The notes beneath the pieces were generated by a model that worked only from the letters and a program-made list of their open reading frames with translations, was not told where the DNA came from and made no database searches. Shown piece by piece: positions 35,128-47,172 of a stretch of DNA of 64,000 bases. The DNA lies in contig CM102288.1 in assembly GCA_046563655.1 (NCBI GenBank), forward strand, positions 2,480,001 to 2,544,000, in the 5' to 3' direction. The DNA is from Yuukianura sp. NJ FZ-2021 (taxonomy: Eukaryota). How positions within the stretch are numbered: the stretch's first letter is position 1; each line of letters begins with the position of its first letter. The position numbers were made by a program, and so were the translations under genes.

Positions 35128-37188
35128 ATGGACGCTGGAGACAACTCATACCTCGGCGCTGGTGCGTCTTGTATCGCTGATTCCAGTTTTTCTGCACATT
35201 CAATTCACTACAATGCAAGTGACTCCGAAAACGAATTTGACGGAAATGGAACCCTCATCGTTCGGAATCCTTCAGCGACTTCGCCAATTCCGTATCCACC
35301 GCCACGACAATTTCCGTCACCACTCAGTCCTAGTCCACGATACTTGTTTCCATTCGACACTCTTCGTGTTTCTTCGATGCTCAACCCATCGCCAACTACA
35401 AACTCTGCGCAGACGCAGTCTCATTCGAACATACTGGACACAACCATTGCAGAAATCAGTGCTGACCTGGACGGTTTTTCAAATTCTCCACGACTAGCAA
35501 CCGAAAGTGACCCACAATGTACAAGTATCAGCATGCTGGTTCACAGTTCCATGGAAAACAAAGTAACACCAGAGCGTCGTCGGACCAAAACTCCTTTCAC
35601 GGCAACACAGCGTCTTCAGGAAGAACTGTACGAATCGCTGGGAGAAAAACCAAGTAACTTGGCAGAAGAGAATCAATTACTTTATCAAACGCTGGACTCT
35701 GAAAGGAAGAAGCTCATTCAGCGCAAAGGGATCTGCGCATTCATGCATGGTGCTCTGATGCGGCAGCGTGAGAAACTGGAAGTAGCTGAATCTAGAAGTA
35801 AAATTAAGTCAGAAGAATGTGCTGCTCGACTCATCTTTCATACGCTGCTACTTCAAGCTTACCGCCGTGTTCAGGAACAATTGAATCAACTTATGGCTGA
35901 AAATGGCCAACTTCAAAAATCGGTATGTTAAAATATTCTAGACTTACATTTCGACATTTTATAATTCAATTTTTGTATGTTGTGTTTTCAGGTGGAAAAT
36001 CTTTGTCTCCAACTTCGTGTCGTGCGTCATCTTCAAAATGCTGAAAAAGAACGCGTCGTTGGAAAAGTTCATGAAATTGGAAATCTGAAGACCGAATTGG
36101 CTTATGTCAAAAAAGTTTTGAGCAAAACTAAAGCTGTAAGTTGGGTGAAAAATTTTTCAAAAAAAGTATGGTTATGTCAAATTGTTAGACAGTTCAAACA
36201 GGACATGTGATTCATTAGACGAATGTTTGATGTAATGTTGATTCTTTTTTTAATGTTTTATGTTTACAGGAGCTTCGAACAGTTGAGCAGGAATGTGAAG
36301 CACTGGAAAAAGGAAATGCGGAATTAGCAGAAGAGAAATACAAAATGCTGCGGGAGCAGCGTCTGATTGAAGACAAAATGGAAATGCTGCAAGGAAGTTT
36401 GGAAATGGAAAAGAAACGTTCCGAAAAACAATCGGTCACACTGAAAGACCTGAAAAAACAGGTAAGTTATCCTAATTGTTCGAAAACGTGATATTAGTAG
36501 TCTAAGATTTGAATTTTATACTTGAATTTAGGTGATTGACCTTCGACAACAAACTGCTGACCTTGTAAAGCAGTGTGACGACTACAACGCTGCAGCCAGA
36601 ACTTTCGAGTCCAAGAACTGGGAACTGCAAATGCTGCTCGAATCTCGTGGCAAAGAGGTCATTGAACTTGGACAGAATCGTGACAATCTCAAGACACAAT
36701 TGGATGAATTGGCACAGTAGTTTTTAAAATAATTTTAAAAATCAGGCTTTTTCGAAATACTTTGATTTTTTTTTGTTGTGCAAGGTTTACGAAAACGTTG
36801 GGTTGGAAGAACAACGATCTCACCAGTGAGATGCAAGAACAACTGAAAGAAACAATGAATCTAAAGGAGCAGTTTAGCAAAGCTCAAACCAATCTTCGCG
36901 AACAGTCGGGAAGGATCGGCTTGTTGGAAAATGAAATTGGACGAATGACGTAAGGAAACCTCACGTATCATATTTCGAAACTTAGCAAATGGAAAATGGT
37001 TTTAACGTATACTTTTCGTATGCAGGCGGACCAACTCAGCCTTACGCACGGAATTGGCAGCGTACCAATTAGCCAACATTCGTAGACGTCGATCTTGGGT
37101 CAACTTAGCAATTGGGATGGTGGATCCCGTGGGTGCAATTTTCACCTACTTCTTTGGAAGACCAAACGAATTCATTGCGTGGTTCTAA
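35128..37188 (+). CDS. Coiled-coil protein of unknown function with Ser/Pro-rich N-terminus and basic-then-hydrophobic C-terminal tail, about 547 aa
   Basis: Exons 35128-35922, 35992-36135, 36270-36461, 36532-36716, 36785-36949, 37026-37188 in consistent phase (1644 nt). Heptad-like L/E/K/Q composition. Ends RRRSWVNLAIGMVDPVGAIFTYFFGRPNEFIAWF*. Confidence 0.8.
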
Positions 37189-37754
37189 AAATTAGTCAGC
37201 AATATAAAAATGTTGTAACCAAAAATAATCCAATTTCAATGAAAAATTTTAACCGTTGTGAATTAGCATTTAAGTTTCATTATTGACTCATTTTGGTTTC
37301 AGCAAAATACTAAATTGCGGACAATACAATTTTCGAATTCTCTCTTCGCCCCATTCATGTATCTGTCGCATCAGGGGATTAGTCAATTTCTTTTTTGCTT
37401 CCTGAGAAGTCGTCAGCCGGTCGTCCAATTTTAGTCTAAATTCAAAATTTCCAAATCATTTTCGTTCTTTTGCTGGTTCGATGCTGGAACGTATCCAGAT
37501 TCTGAACCTGATAAAGTCAATACCGGCATTCGGAATCGCTTGGAGAAGTCGTTTCTTGTCATTTTCATCAATCATCTGGTCACGTTCAGACGTAGAACTT
37601 AAGGAATTAGATAGTGAATCTCAAACAAAGTAAGTCAGTCAGAGTTCTTATCACGACAGCTCATTGAGATTGAATTTACTAAATTCAATTTATGTATGTA
37701 CCACTAATTAAAACGTGAGATAACCTTCCTAGTTTGAATTTCAGATTAGACAGA

Positions 37755-40700
37755 ATGTCTGGACGCGGTCGGGGTAGAAGTTGGACTAATGAAAAAGGTC
37801 GTCATCCACGATACAGTAACGGTTTTGTAGAACCGTCTTGGGACACTTCAGGGCCACAAGCTGGGCCATCATCCCCGGCTTCATCAAATCAAAACACTAA
37901 CGGGCATCCTAAAGGACTTAAGGGAAAAGCAATCGGGATGTTCTATGCTAACAAGCAGAAAGAGAAAACAAAACGACAAGAAGATCAGCTTAAGAAAGTT
38001 GTAAGTTGAATTTCAGTACTAACAAAACCAATACGCTATGGAAGTAAACAATTTTCTGCTGGTAAATCTACAGGGTTATGATCTGACGATATCAAAGGAC
38101 GTGCAAGAAAAGATTACGCAGACCTTGGAAGAACTGAATCGTCGTCAGGAAGTAGGCAGTCCGACACCGAGTTGCACAAACGTTGAATTTAGAAAGGACT
38201 ACATGCAAAACCTGGTTGGAAACTTGAAGAATGGAATCACAGGAGATGTGGAAGTCGTACCTATTGAGAGTATTCGAAATCGTAGTTTGGATGCAATGCT
38301 AAAGCAGGAGCTTTCGGATAGAAAATTTAAGAATCATCAGTACCAAGCGATGCGGCCGAGTAGAATGAAATTGCCTGTTTTTGCAAAGAGGAAGGAGATT
38401 ACTGAGGCTATCATGCAAAACCAAGTGAGTTAGTTGTTTTAATCTGTGAACAACGAATCAAATTGTTGTTGGCTCTCTAAACATTTTGTTTTTATAACAG
38501 GTCACCGTTATTTCAGGCGATACTGTAAGTCTATGACGACTTTATATTCATGTATTACTCATTTCAGTGCTCGATTTTGAACAAACTGAACTCATTCCAA
38601 TTACTTTTGCTTTACTTTCAGGGCTCAGGAAAAACTACACAAATTCCGCAATTTATCCTAGATCGTGCAATTTTTGATGGCAACGGGTCGATTTGCAATA
38701 TCATCTGTACCCAGCCGAGGCGAATCAGTAAGATTTCATTCGCAATCGCTGCAAACTAAACTTAAGTTCCAACTGTTTCAGGTGCAATTACCGTTGCTGA
38801 AAGAGTTGCAGAAGAACGTGGAGAACGCATTGGTGGAACAACAGTCGGATATGCAATTCGTCTGGAGAACAAACTGCCTAAACGGAATGGTGGAACTCTC
38901 AATTTTCTCGTCACTGGTGTTCTACTTCAGCGACTCCGCTACGACCCTCTACTCAAAGGAATCAGTCATGTAATAGTGGACGAGGTCCACGAACGAGATG
39001 TGAGTCAATGTCAAGAATTTGGTGCTTCTTTAACTGCCTTATCTCGATCTCTGGAACTTAACTGTGTTAATTTATCACAGGTCCTCACTGATTTCACGCT
39101 AGTCATTTTGAAGGATCTCATCAGCAAACGTCCGGACTTAAAAGTGGTCTTAATGTCAGCCACTCTAAATGCTACGAAATTCGCCGAGTATTTTGGCGGA
39201 AGTGCAATTTTTGAAATTCCTGGAAGCACTTATCCTGGTAATTTTTTTAAAGTCGAAATTCCAATCTGAGTTACTTCATAGTCTATGTTGATTTCTGTTT
39301 TCATTTCCAGTGACGGAATACTACTTGGAAGATGTTTTGGCCAAGACCAAGTTCTGTTTTCCACAACCGTCAAAGGCTTTCACGAAACAGAAGAAAAAAG
39401 ACCCAAGTACAATTGAATTCGAGCAGCTAGTGCTTCCTTACGTTCTACAAAAAACTGCCCAATATCCTCAACATGTAAGGAAGCAGCTAATGAATCCCAT
39501 GTCAGAAGAGCTCAATAACGACCTCATTCAAGCCACTCTCCAGCACATTGTGGATACGGATAACACAAATGGTGCCGTTCTCATTTTCTTATCTGGATGG
39601 GCTGAAATTCTAGCTCTTCTTCGTCAGCTCGAAAATTCTGGAAAGTTTTCATCCTCTCAGTTCAAGTTTTTCCCGCTCCATTCCATGGTGCCACTAGCTA
39701 CTCAACGACAAGCTTTCAAACCCCCGCCAGCAGGAACTCGGAAAGTCGTTCTTGCTACGAACATTGCCGAAACTTCAATTACAATTGATGACATTCGTTT
39801 TGTCATTGACACTGGGCGGATCAAGCAGAAGAATTTTGATATCGGACTTAACCTGGAGACTCTGGATGACGAATGGGAGAGCAAAGCCAATGCACAACAA
39901 AGACGTGGAAGGGCTGGACGTGTTCAAGAAGGAGTCTGTTACTATTTGTTCAGTAGAGGCAGAGAAAGACTTTTTCAGAGCTTCAAGGCTCCGGAAGTCC
40001 AACGTTCTAAATTGGAAGAACAAGTTTTGTTGCTCAAGAACTTGAAGTTTGGAAATGCTGAAGCATTCTTTCGTCGATTCATGGATCCTCCTGTAGAGAG
40101 AGCAGTGGTCTTGGCCTTGGAAAGATTACATAAGATAGGAGCTCTAGGATCCATGGAACAGCTGACTCCGCTTGGTAAGATGAAAGAAACTACTGGAGAT
40201 TCTAATTGAATTTACATAATTGATTCAACACCATTCTTGTACTGTAGGATTCCATTTGTCCAAGTTGCCAACAGACCCGTACACGGGCAAAATGATACTC
40301 ATGGCGGCCATCTTCTCATGTCTGGATCCTATCTTGACATGTGCTGCCAGTATTACCTTGAAGGACTGTTTTGAAGTTCCACTAGGTAAGAAGTTAGATT
40401 TTGATTAAAAGAGAGGAGAGTAAGTCTTTCTGAAACCGGTAAATGGCAAAACCCGCATATTTTTTAATCTCACTGAAACTTGGCATGATTGAAGGTACTA
40501 TCAAGAGAGAATTTTTGGCTATCTTGATTTTGACCTTTGACCTTCAAGATGGCGGCCAGGCGAGATCGAAGTTGGCAAAAGTGACTTTTTGGAACACCGA
40601 TAACTCATGAACGAAGCCACTTAGCGACGTGGGGTCAACGGCAAATTGAAGCCCTTAAAATTCCCTAGATCCATTTTTCTTGCGGTGTCCCTAGGTGCCC

Positions 40701-42844
40701 TTGACCTTAGAGGTCAAGGGTCAACCCCTATGACTACCCTTGTCAAGTAATACCTCGTTGGAAAGCCCTCATCAAGCTGATTCAGAATATATATAGATGT
40801 TGCTATTTTGGAGTTAGCCCTTGACCTACAGAGGTCAAGAAGCGATCTTTTGGTCCTAGAACGGATAGTATGACCTCTGCAGGTCAAGGGCTAACTCCAA
40901 AATAGCAACATCTATATATATTCTGAATCAGCTTGATGAGGGCTTTCCAACGAGGTATTACTTGACAAGGGTTGTCATAAGGGCTGACCCTTGACCCTTA
41001 AGGTCAAGGGCACCTAGGGACACCGCAAGAAAAATGGATCTAGGGAATTTTAAGGGCTTCAATTTGCCGTTGACCCCACGTCGCTATGTCTCTTCGTTCA
41101 TGAGTTATCGGTGTTCCAAAAAATCATTTTTGCCAAATTTGACCTCACCTGGCCGCCATCTTGAAGGTCAAAGGTCAAAATCAAGATAGCCAAAAATTCT
41201 CTTCTGATAGTACCTTCAATCATGCCAAGTTTCAAAAAAATCAAAAATATCGCGGGTCAATTTTTTTTCCGGATTTACCGGTTTCAGAAAGACTTACTCA
41301 GGAGAGTTTTAACTGTAATAATTTTTCAGGACATGAAACCGATGCAGACAGGATTCGCAGAACCTTCGCTGGAGATACCAGAAGTGATCATCTCGCAGTT
41401 GTACGTTGTAATGTCTTTGGTAAAACTAGTGAACTCTCTGTAAATACGTTTTGTTGGACAGATACGAGCAATGGTTGGCTACGAGGAGGCAAGATATGAA
41501 GGAAGTGAATCCGATTACTGTTACTCTAATTATATCTCACAGGGTAGAATTTTAATCGTTAATTGAACAATGTTGATCTCCGATCGTGGCAAATATTCTC
41601 AATGATTAATTCCTAATTGATTCTTTAGGTACGTTGAGACACATGGAAGGCGTGAAAGAACAGTTTGCTCAGCATCTCTACCGGATGCAATTTATACCAA
41701 CGACTGACACCAAGAATCTACAACTCAACAGGAACGCAAATAACATTGCTCTCGTCAAGGCTATCATTGCTTCTGGTCTCTATCCGAATCTGGCTACGGC
41801 AAAAGCAAAAATCGGAAAATCGGGACAAGTGAATGCCGTTATTTGTCAAACACATGAAGATGGACGGGTTCAAATCCATCGGAAATCGGTCAATTGTGGA
41901 AAAGGAATGACAGAACAGTTTGAGTCTCCATTCTTTGTCTACTTCAAGAAAATGAGAACCACGTCCATATTTATCCATGATACGACCATGGTCACCCCGT
42001 TTCCAATGCTTTTCTTTGGTGGTGTTCTGGATTACTTGGAGGATAGTGGATATGGGTCACTTGGAATCGATGGCTTGACTCGTTTTCGTTCTACTTATGA
42101 TGTCTACAATATGATTCAAGTAAGCCATGATTCTTCATTTGTTAAGTCGAAAGCATTTTGTAACCTTTACCTAAATTGAATCTAAATTGTTTTTCGGTTG
42201 CGTTTTTAATAGAATCTGCGATTAAAGCTGGATGAAGTGCTGGAACACAAAATTCAAAATCCGGGACCAACTTGCTGGGAAGACAAACCAGGAGCCATAC
42301 TCCGAAACCTCTAGTCTATGTATTTCGGGGACACCCCCCTCGAGGGGAGGTCCGAGGGACACCCCCCGGCTCTCAGGGGTGTCCGGACGTTCTCGAAGAG
42401 ACCTAAAATACGAAAATCGGTCGCGCCTTCGGCGCGATGGCTACTTTTCTAATGTATTTCGAGGCTTTTCACCAATTTTGAGCGTCGAAAACTCAAATTT
42501 TCGTCGCGCCTACGGCGCAAGCAATGTTCTCATTCTATTTTTGTGTTTTAACACGAAAATCGGTACCTCACGGGACACCCCCCACCCTGATTTGCCGTCG
42601 GGACACCCCCCTCGGAAACTCGAGGTTTCGGAGTATGCCAGGAGCGAAGACTTCTGAACGACTAATCCTCGAGTAAGATTTTCAACTAAATACGTTCCGT
42701 TCCACTGGTGTTGAAAGATTTTATTTGAAAATTTTTAGAGCATTACGAGACCTCCTGAGCACTGAATACAAGGCTTTGATGAACGAAACTGATGATAGTA
42801 ATGCTGAAGGTGCTCGTGATGATGACACTTTTGAAGAGTGGTAA
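37755..42844 (+). CDS. DHX36: DEAH-box G-quadruplex helicase, DHX36-like; penultimate exon interrupted by a transposon
   Basis: DSM-like motif [60 protein letters not shown]2 and OB regions. Exons 37755-38000, 38074-38424, 38501-38524, 38622-38727, 38782-38999, 39081-39237, 39311-40174, 40248-40385, 41330-41400, 41462-41543, 41629-42119, 42213-42672 (contains the insertion), 42739-42844. Confidence 0.9.
40418..41299. mobile_element. Palindromic (foldback) non-autonomous DNA transposon, 882 bp, Sola2-like
   Basis: Termini GAGTAAGTCTTTCTGAAACCGGTAAAT / ATTTACCGGTTTCAGAAAGACTTACTC. 4-bp TSD AGGA (40414-40417, 41300-41303). Arms of about 420 bp around a 33-bp spacer (40838-40870). Removing it leaves a normal 58-nt intron. 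Confidence 0.92.
42296..42637. mobile_element. MITE, 342 bp, hAT- or P-type, inserted in a DHX36 coding exon
   Basis: TIR CATACTCCGAAACCTC(T/G)AGT (19 of 20 match). 8-bp TSD CCAGGAGC (42288-42295, 42638-42645). Four GGGACACCCCC motifs and CGCGCCTTCGGCGCG-type hairpins inside. Confidence 0.93.
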
Positions 42845-43407
42845 GCAGTCATCAACTTCGGAAATTACCAAAAATAAGGCCAATTGGATCTCTGATTAAT
42901 TATTTGTGATCTCTTTCGGTTCTGTTTCAACGTAATAGTAATGAATTTAGAGTTTTTCTCTTGTCACAAGGAGTTTGATTAATTTTACAAGGCGATTTAC
43001 CCGCCTATTCACCTTCGTAGTTTAGGTTTAACGTTTCAAGTAAAAACGTCAATTCGTTATGCTTGATTTGAGAATTGCATAATCGACTCTCGAGTTTTAT
43101 GCAGTTTTCTAAAGGTTTTGAGATTTTGGGTACTTTATGTACCATGGGCATGCACAATTGATGAGGAAGAAAGAGAAGGTAACAAAATTTGCGGAACTCA
43201 GAAACTCCGTCACCACAAAACGTCTATTGGCTGCTATTAAGTGGAAATAGAGCAGTGAACCGTGGGAAGACTGTTTTATTGAAGTGACAAAGTAGACAGT
43301 GAGGTAATGGCCCAATTTAATGGAGACTATTTAAAGGCTGAGAGGGAACGCTCAATTAGTTTATAGCTTGGTCGCCGCTCTAGAAGGACCACGGAAGGAT
43401 GTTCACA

Positions 43408-44107
43408 ATGCAACGAAATACTTTAGCCCTGGTAAGAAACTGCATTCTTTTTTTAAATCCGAAAAAAAGTTTGGAAAAATCGGTTTTCTATCATTCAAAA
43501 TTCGAAATTGTAACTTGAAATTTGTATTTCTGCAGGTTGCTCTGGGCTTAGTCCTCTGCCTCGGAGTTCAATTTTCACATGCCGGTCATCGTCACGGAGG
43601 AGGAGGCTATGGTCATGGTGGAGGAGGCTATGGTCATGGAGGAGGAGGAGGAGGTCATGGTGGAGGAGGCTACGGCCATGGAGGAGGAGGCTACGGGCAC
43701 GGAGGAGGCGGGTAAGCTAGAATATCAGAATTTGGTTAAACAATTTTTGCATCCACTCCCTATTCTATCAAAACTTAGGTACGGTAGAGGAGGAGGTCAT
43801 GGTGGAGGTGGTCACGGAGGTTATGGTGGAGGAGGACACGGAGGAGGTTATGGTGGAGGGGGACACGGAGGAGGTTATGGTGGAGGACACGGGGGCTACG
43901 GTGGAGGGGGACATGGAGGAGGAGGTTATGGTGGAGGAGGACACGGAGGCTACGGTGGAGGTGGCCACGGAGGTTATGGTGGAGGTGGTCACGGAGGTGG
44001 CGGGTAAGTAAAACAGCAAACGTTTTCAATTTACTGTAATTGTAAAATTCGACTACTGCTGAAATATTGCCGTACGATTTATTTTCAGTTATGGCTATGG
44101 CCGCTAA
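43408..44107 (+). CDS. Secreted Gly/His/Tyr-rich peptide, 147 aa
   Basis: Exons 43408-43431, 43536-43711, 43779-44003, 44089-44107 (444 nt). Signal peptide MQRNTLALVALGLVLCLGVQFSHA, then HGGGGYG and GGHGGYGG repeats, ending GYGYGR*. TATTTAAA at 43328-43335 and AATAAA at 44210-44215. Confidence 0.9.
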
Positions 44108-44230
44108 GTCTAGGAGGAACTTTATGAAATTAGAAACTTAACTTCGTTTTTGATCTTCCCTAGTTTCTCTTTTTTTCATTTTTTGTGATACATAATTTTA
44201 TGACTACTAAATAAAAATTTTTATACAAAG

Positions 44231-47172
44231 TTACTTAATCAGTAGCATCAGAACTGCTAAAAAACTGTACACAACTAGCGCATTTCTAGCGTCGATTGTG
44301 TTGCCATTGCCAGCATCTCCGCCATGTTGTGCACTTGTCTTTTCGCGCACCCCTTCCCAGCTACCTTCTGAATCTACATCTTCATCTTCCGGATGCTTTT
44401 TGATCTCTTCCTTCAAAACTGCCATCGCTTCTTCATTTACTGTGTAGATCTGCAAAATTCAACAGCAAATATTTAAAAAGTTCAAAAATCTTAGGAATTC
44501 GAACTAACCCTCTCTGACCAAAACACAGGCAGAAGCAGCTCCGGAACTTTTTTTAAGTACGTTAGGCTTGAAAATGGCTTCATGTGAACGTTTAACTGAA
44601 ATCGTTTTGTGTCTAAAATTCAAAAACAAACGTTTTTCAATGTAATGGGGAATGTCATATCTGAAGAGTTTTAGTTATCTTTAGTACCTTGTAGCACAGT
44701 GCCAGTTTTCTTAAGCGGTTTTGAACACAACCATGAAAAAATTATTAAAATTAGACTTATTCAATTTTTTTTTAAATTTTGTTCAGCATCAGCATCCTCT
44801 TACCGGTTCCACGACAAGTGCCGAATTGTGCAACGTTTTGTTAGGATGCATTCCTCCGATTTGATTTCCATAAGTTTCATCAGCATGAAAGAAATGCGGA
44901 TAGGAAAGTACCAAAGGAGCGCCTACAAGTTACGTTTAAAGCATATTAAAGTTAGACCTTGGCCTTTGACCTGCTAATCTCATGCATTACCTTCTCTGCA
45001 AGGACTGAGGTCAATGACCCCCCTTTTGTAGCACTTTTCCTTCTTGTCTCCTGGTTTAGGACAGTAGCACAAGTTATTCGGATCTGATCGGGGATCTTCG
45101 AGCAGATCTTTAGACAAAACGTACTTCCAGACTGGAACGCTTCCTTGAAACTTGGATTTACCGTGATATGTGTACTATATTAAGTAAACAAAAAACGCAC
45201 TTTCAAAACTCTGTCGAATTTTGAAAAACAATTTTGAATCTATGAAATTCTAACTTTTAGGCTCCGACAGACATCAGGGTCAAAGGTTGTGATATGTGCT
45301 TTGCCAAGGGCTCTCGGGTCAAAAGTTTCTCCACGAACTCCGCTAAGGGCGTTGCATTTGTCTTCAGTCCACCATTTCAGCGATGATTCATTTTTCCAGG
45401 TCAAGATTTTGCCGTAAGGAATTTCAGCGTTAGTTCCAGTTCCGATTGAGTACACTCCGTCGTCAGTTCCATTGCGCTGTTAAAAAACGGAAGATGAATT
45501 TTTTCAAAATTTTGAGTTCGCTGATTATGAGATTGAGTTTTAAGGAACTCCTACACTAAAATTTCGAAAGTATTTCGAAAACTTACGCCTTTGAACAGTC
45601 CAAAGCGTCCTCCAGAAAACTGTTCTGGAACTGCCTCTTCTCCTTGCAAAGCTTCCAGAACTTTAACATACGCTCCAGCCTCAAATCCATAATAGAAAAC
45701 ATCACCAATTCGCTCATTGCGCCGTGTCAACGTTTCTCCACTTTTGACTAAACTTCTGAAGTAATTTGCACCAACGTATGGAACATCCGACAAGATTTTA
45801 CCAAAAGTCTGTAAAACAAAAAAAATGAAATTCTACTTTTCGAAAATGATGTTATTTTATACTTTACCGAAAAAATGAACTTACGAGCAGTGGAATGTTG
45901 ACGATTGTAACTAAATCGTCTTCACTTCCAATGGAATCAGCGCGCAGGAAGTCGTAAGTCTTGATTTCTCTAAATTCAACTGAAGACTTATTTTCAGAAT
46001 GAGCAATCCCAACTTTTTGACGAGATTCTCTGAAATTTTGAATAATAATAAATTTAAAAAAAAACGCATCTTCAAAGTTTTCGCAAATTTTCAAAATCCC
46101 AGGCATGGTTCATGGATTGTGGCAAACATCAGTCAACTTTTTTATTTCGATTTTTTGAGCTTAAAAAATTCTTTGGATCATTCTGAATTTATTCGCGAAG
46201 AAATTAGCTTTCTAACGCATTTCGTTCAAAAGATGTAAATATTTAGTTTTTGAATTTCAGAATTTTTTGGAAGAGATTTTACATAGTGAAGCTAAAGGTT
46301 AAGCTTTGAAACTGTCCGGAGCTATGCGGGTATCATATGGTGCAGAAAGGCTCCTCGCCTTTCTCAACTTTTTTCCCACTGGCGGCATTCCCATACAAAA
46401 GCAAGGTAGAGGACGATTTCCTATCTACCTCTTTGCTTCGTATAATCCCCTATCTCAATTCTACCAAAAAACTTTACGATTCCCAGGATCACAAAATTAT
46501 AAAAATTGCAACTTTTTAGTGATTTCTGCAACTCCATCGCTCCGCTGAAGTTCCAGATCAAGGGTTTGCGTAATTTGGACTCAAATTTTTTCTAAAAATC
46601 GAAACTTTAAAATTTCAATGAAATTGTATTTTTAAAATGCAATTTCTTAAAAACTGGCAATATTTAGAAGAAAACCGAAGCTGCTTCGTTGAAATTATAG
46701 ATTGTTGAAATTGCAGTGCACGATGTGCTACAAATCGCATGAGTAGACGTAGATAGATGCGAAATTCAGGCGTTCCGCTAAATTGTTGTTATGAGTCGCA
46801 CCATTAATCAGTACAATCTTGAATTTGATGAAAATTATTAATTCGTTCTCGAAATCAACTTACTTGAAGACGTAAGGTCCAATTTCACTAAAAATCGGTT
46901 TCTTTCCTTCTTCGAACTCATCTGGATTTGTTAAATTGAACACAAAAATTCGCAATTGACTTTGAGATGGCACGGATTCCCAAACTTCCCATTTTGGTTT
47001 GAGGTCACTGCCCTGCAAAAAAATTTCACAAATAAAATCCACCGAAATTTCAAATTCTAACAGTTACTTCTTCGTTTTGAGCATTTCGCAAACTTACCGT
47101 TGTGAATAAAATGTAATTTGGAAAAACGAGCACCACCAAAATTGCAAAACCAAAATTGAAACACCACCTCAT
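44231..47172 (-). CDS. CD36 / scavenger receptor class B family protein, about 486 aa
   Basis: Exons 47098-47172, 46864-47012 (FVFNLTNP..EIGPYVF), 45885-46029, 45587-45808, 45255-45476, 44991-45174 (NLCYC..GVIDLSPC), 44804-44922 (GAPLVLSYPHF), 44688-44709, 44509-44612 (LPVFW), 44231-44449; 1461 nt in frame. Confidence 0.9.

Noticed and set aside
42288..42645. Exonic MITE acting as an Introner (precisely spliced out)
   Set aside because: The TSD offers AG acceptors, but no GT or GC donor lies at the matching position for in-frame removal.
43408..44107. Springtail-type glycine-rich antifreeze protein
   Set aside because: No Gly-X-X periodicity and no Ala/Cys content; the composition is G/H/Y.
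46090..46830. Transposon in the long CD36 intron
   Set aside because: It looks like a decayed element, but I could not define a TIR or TSD.
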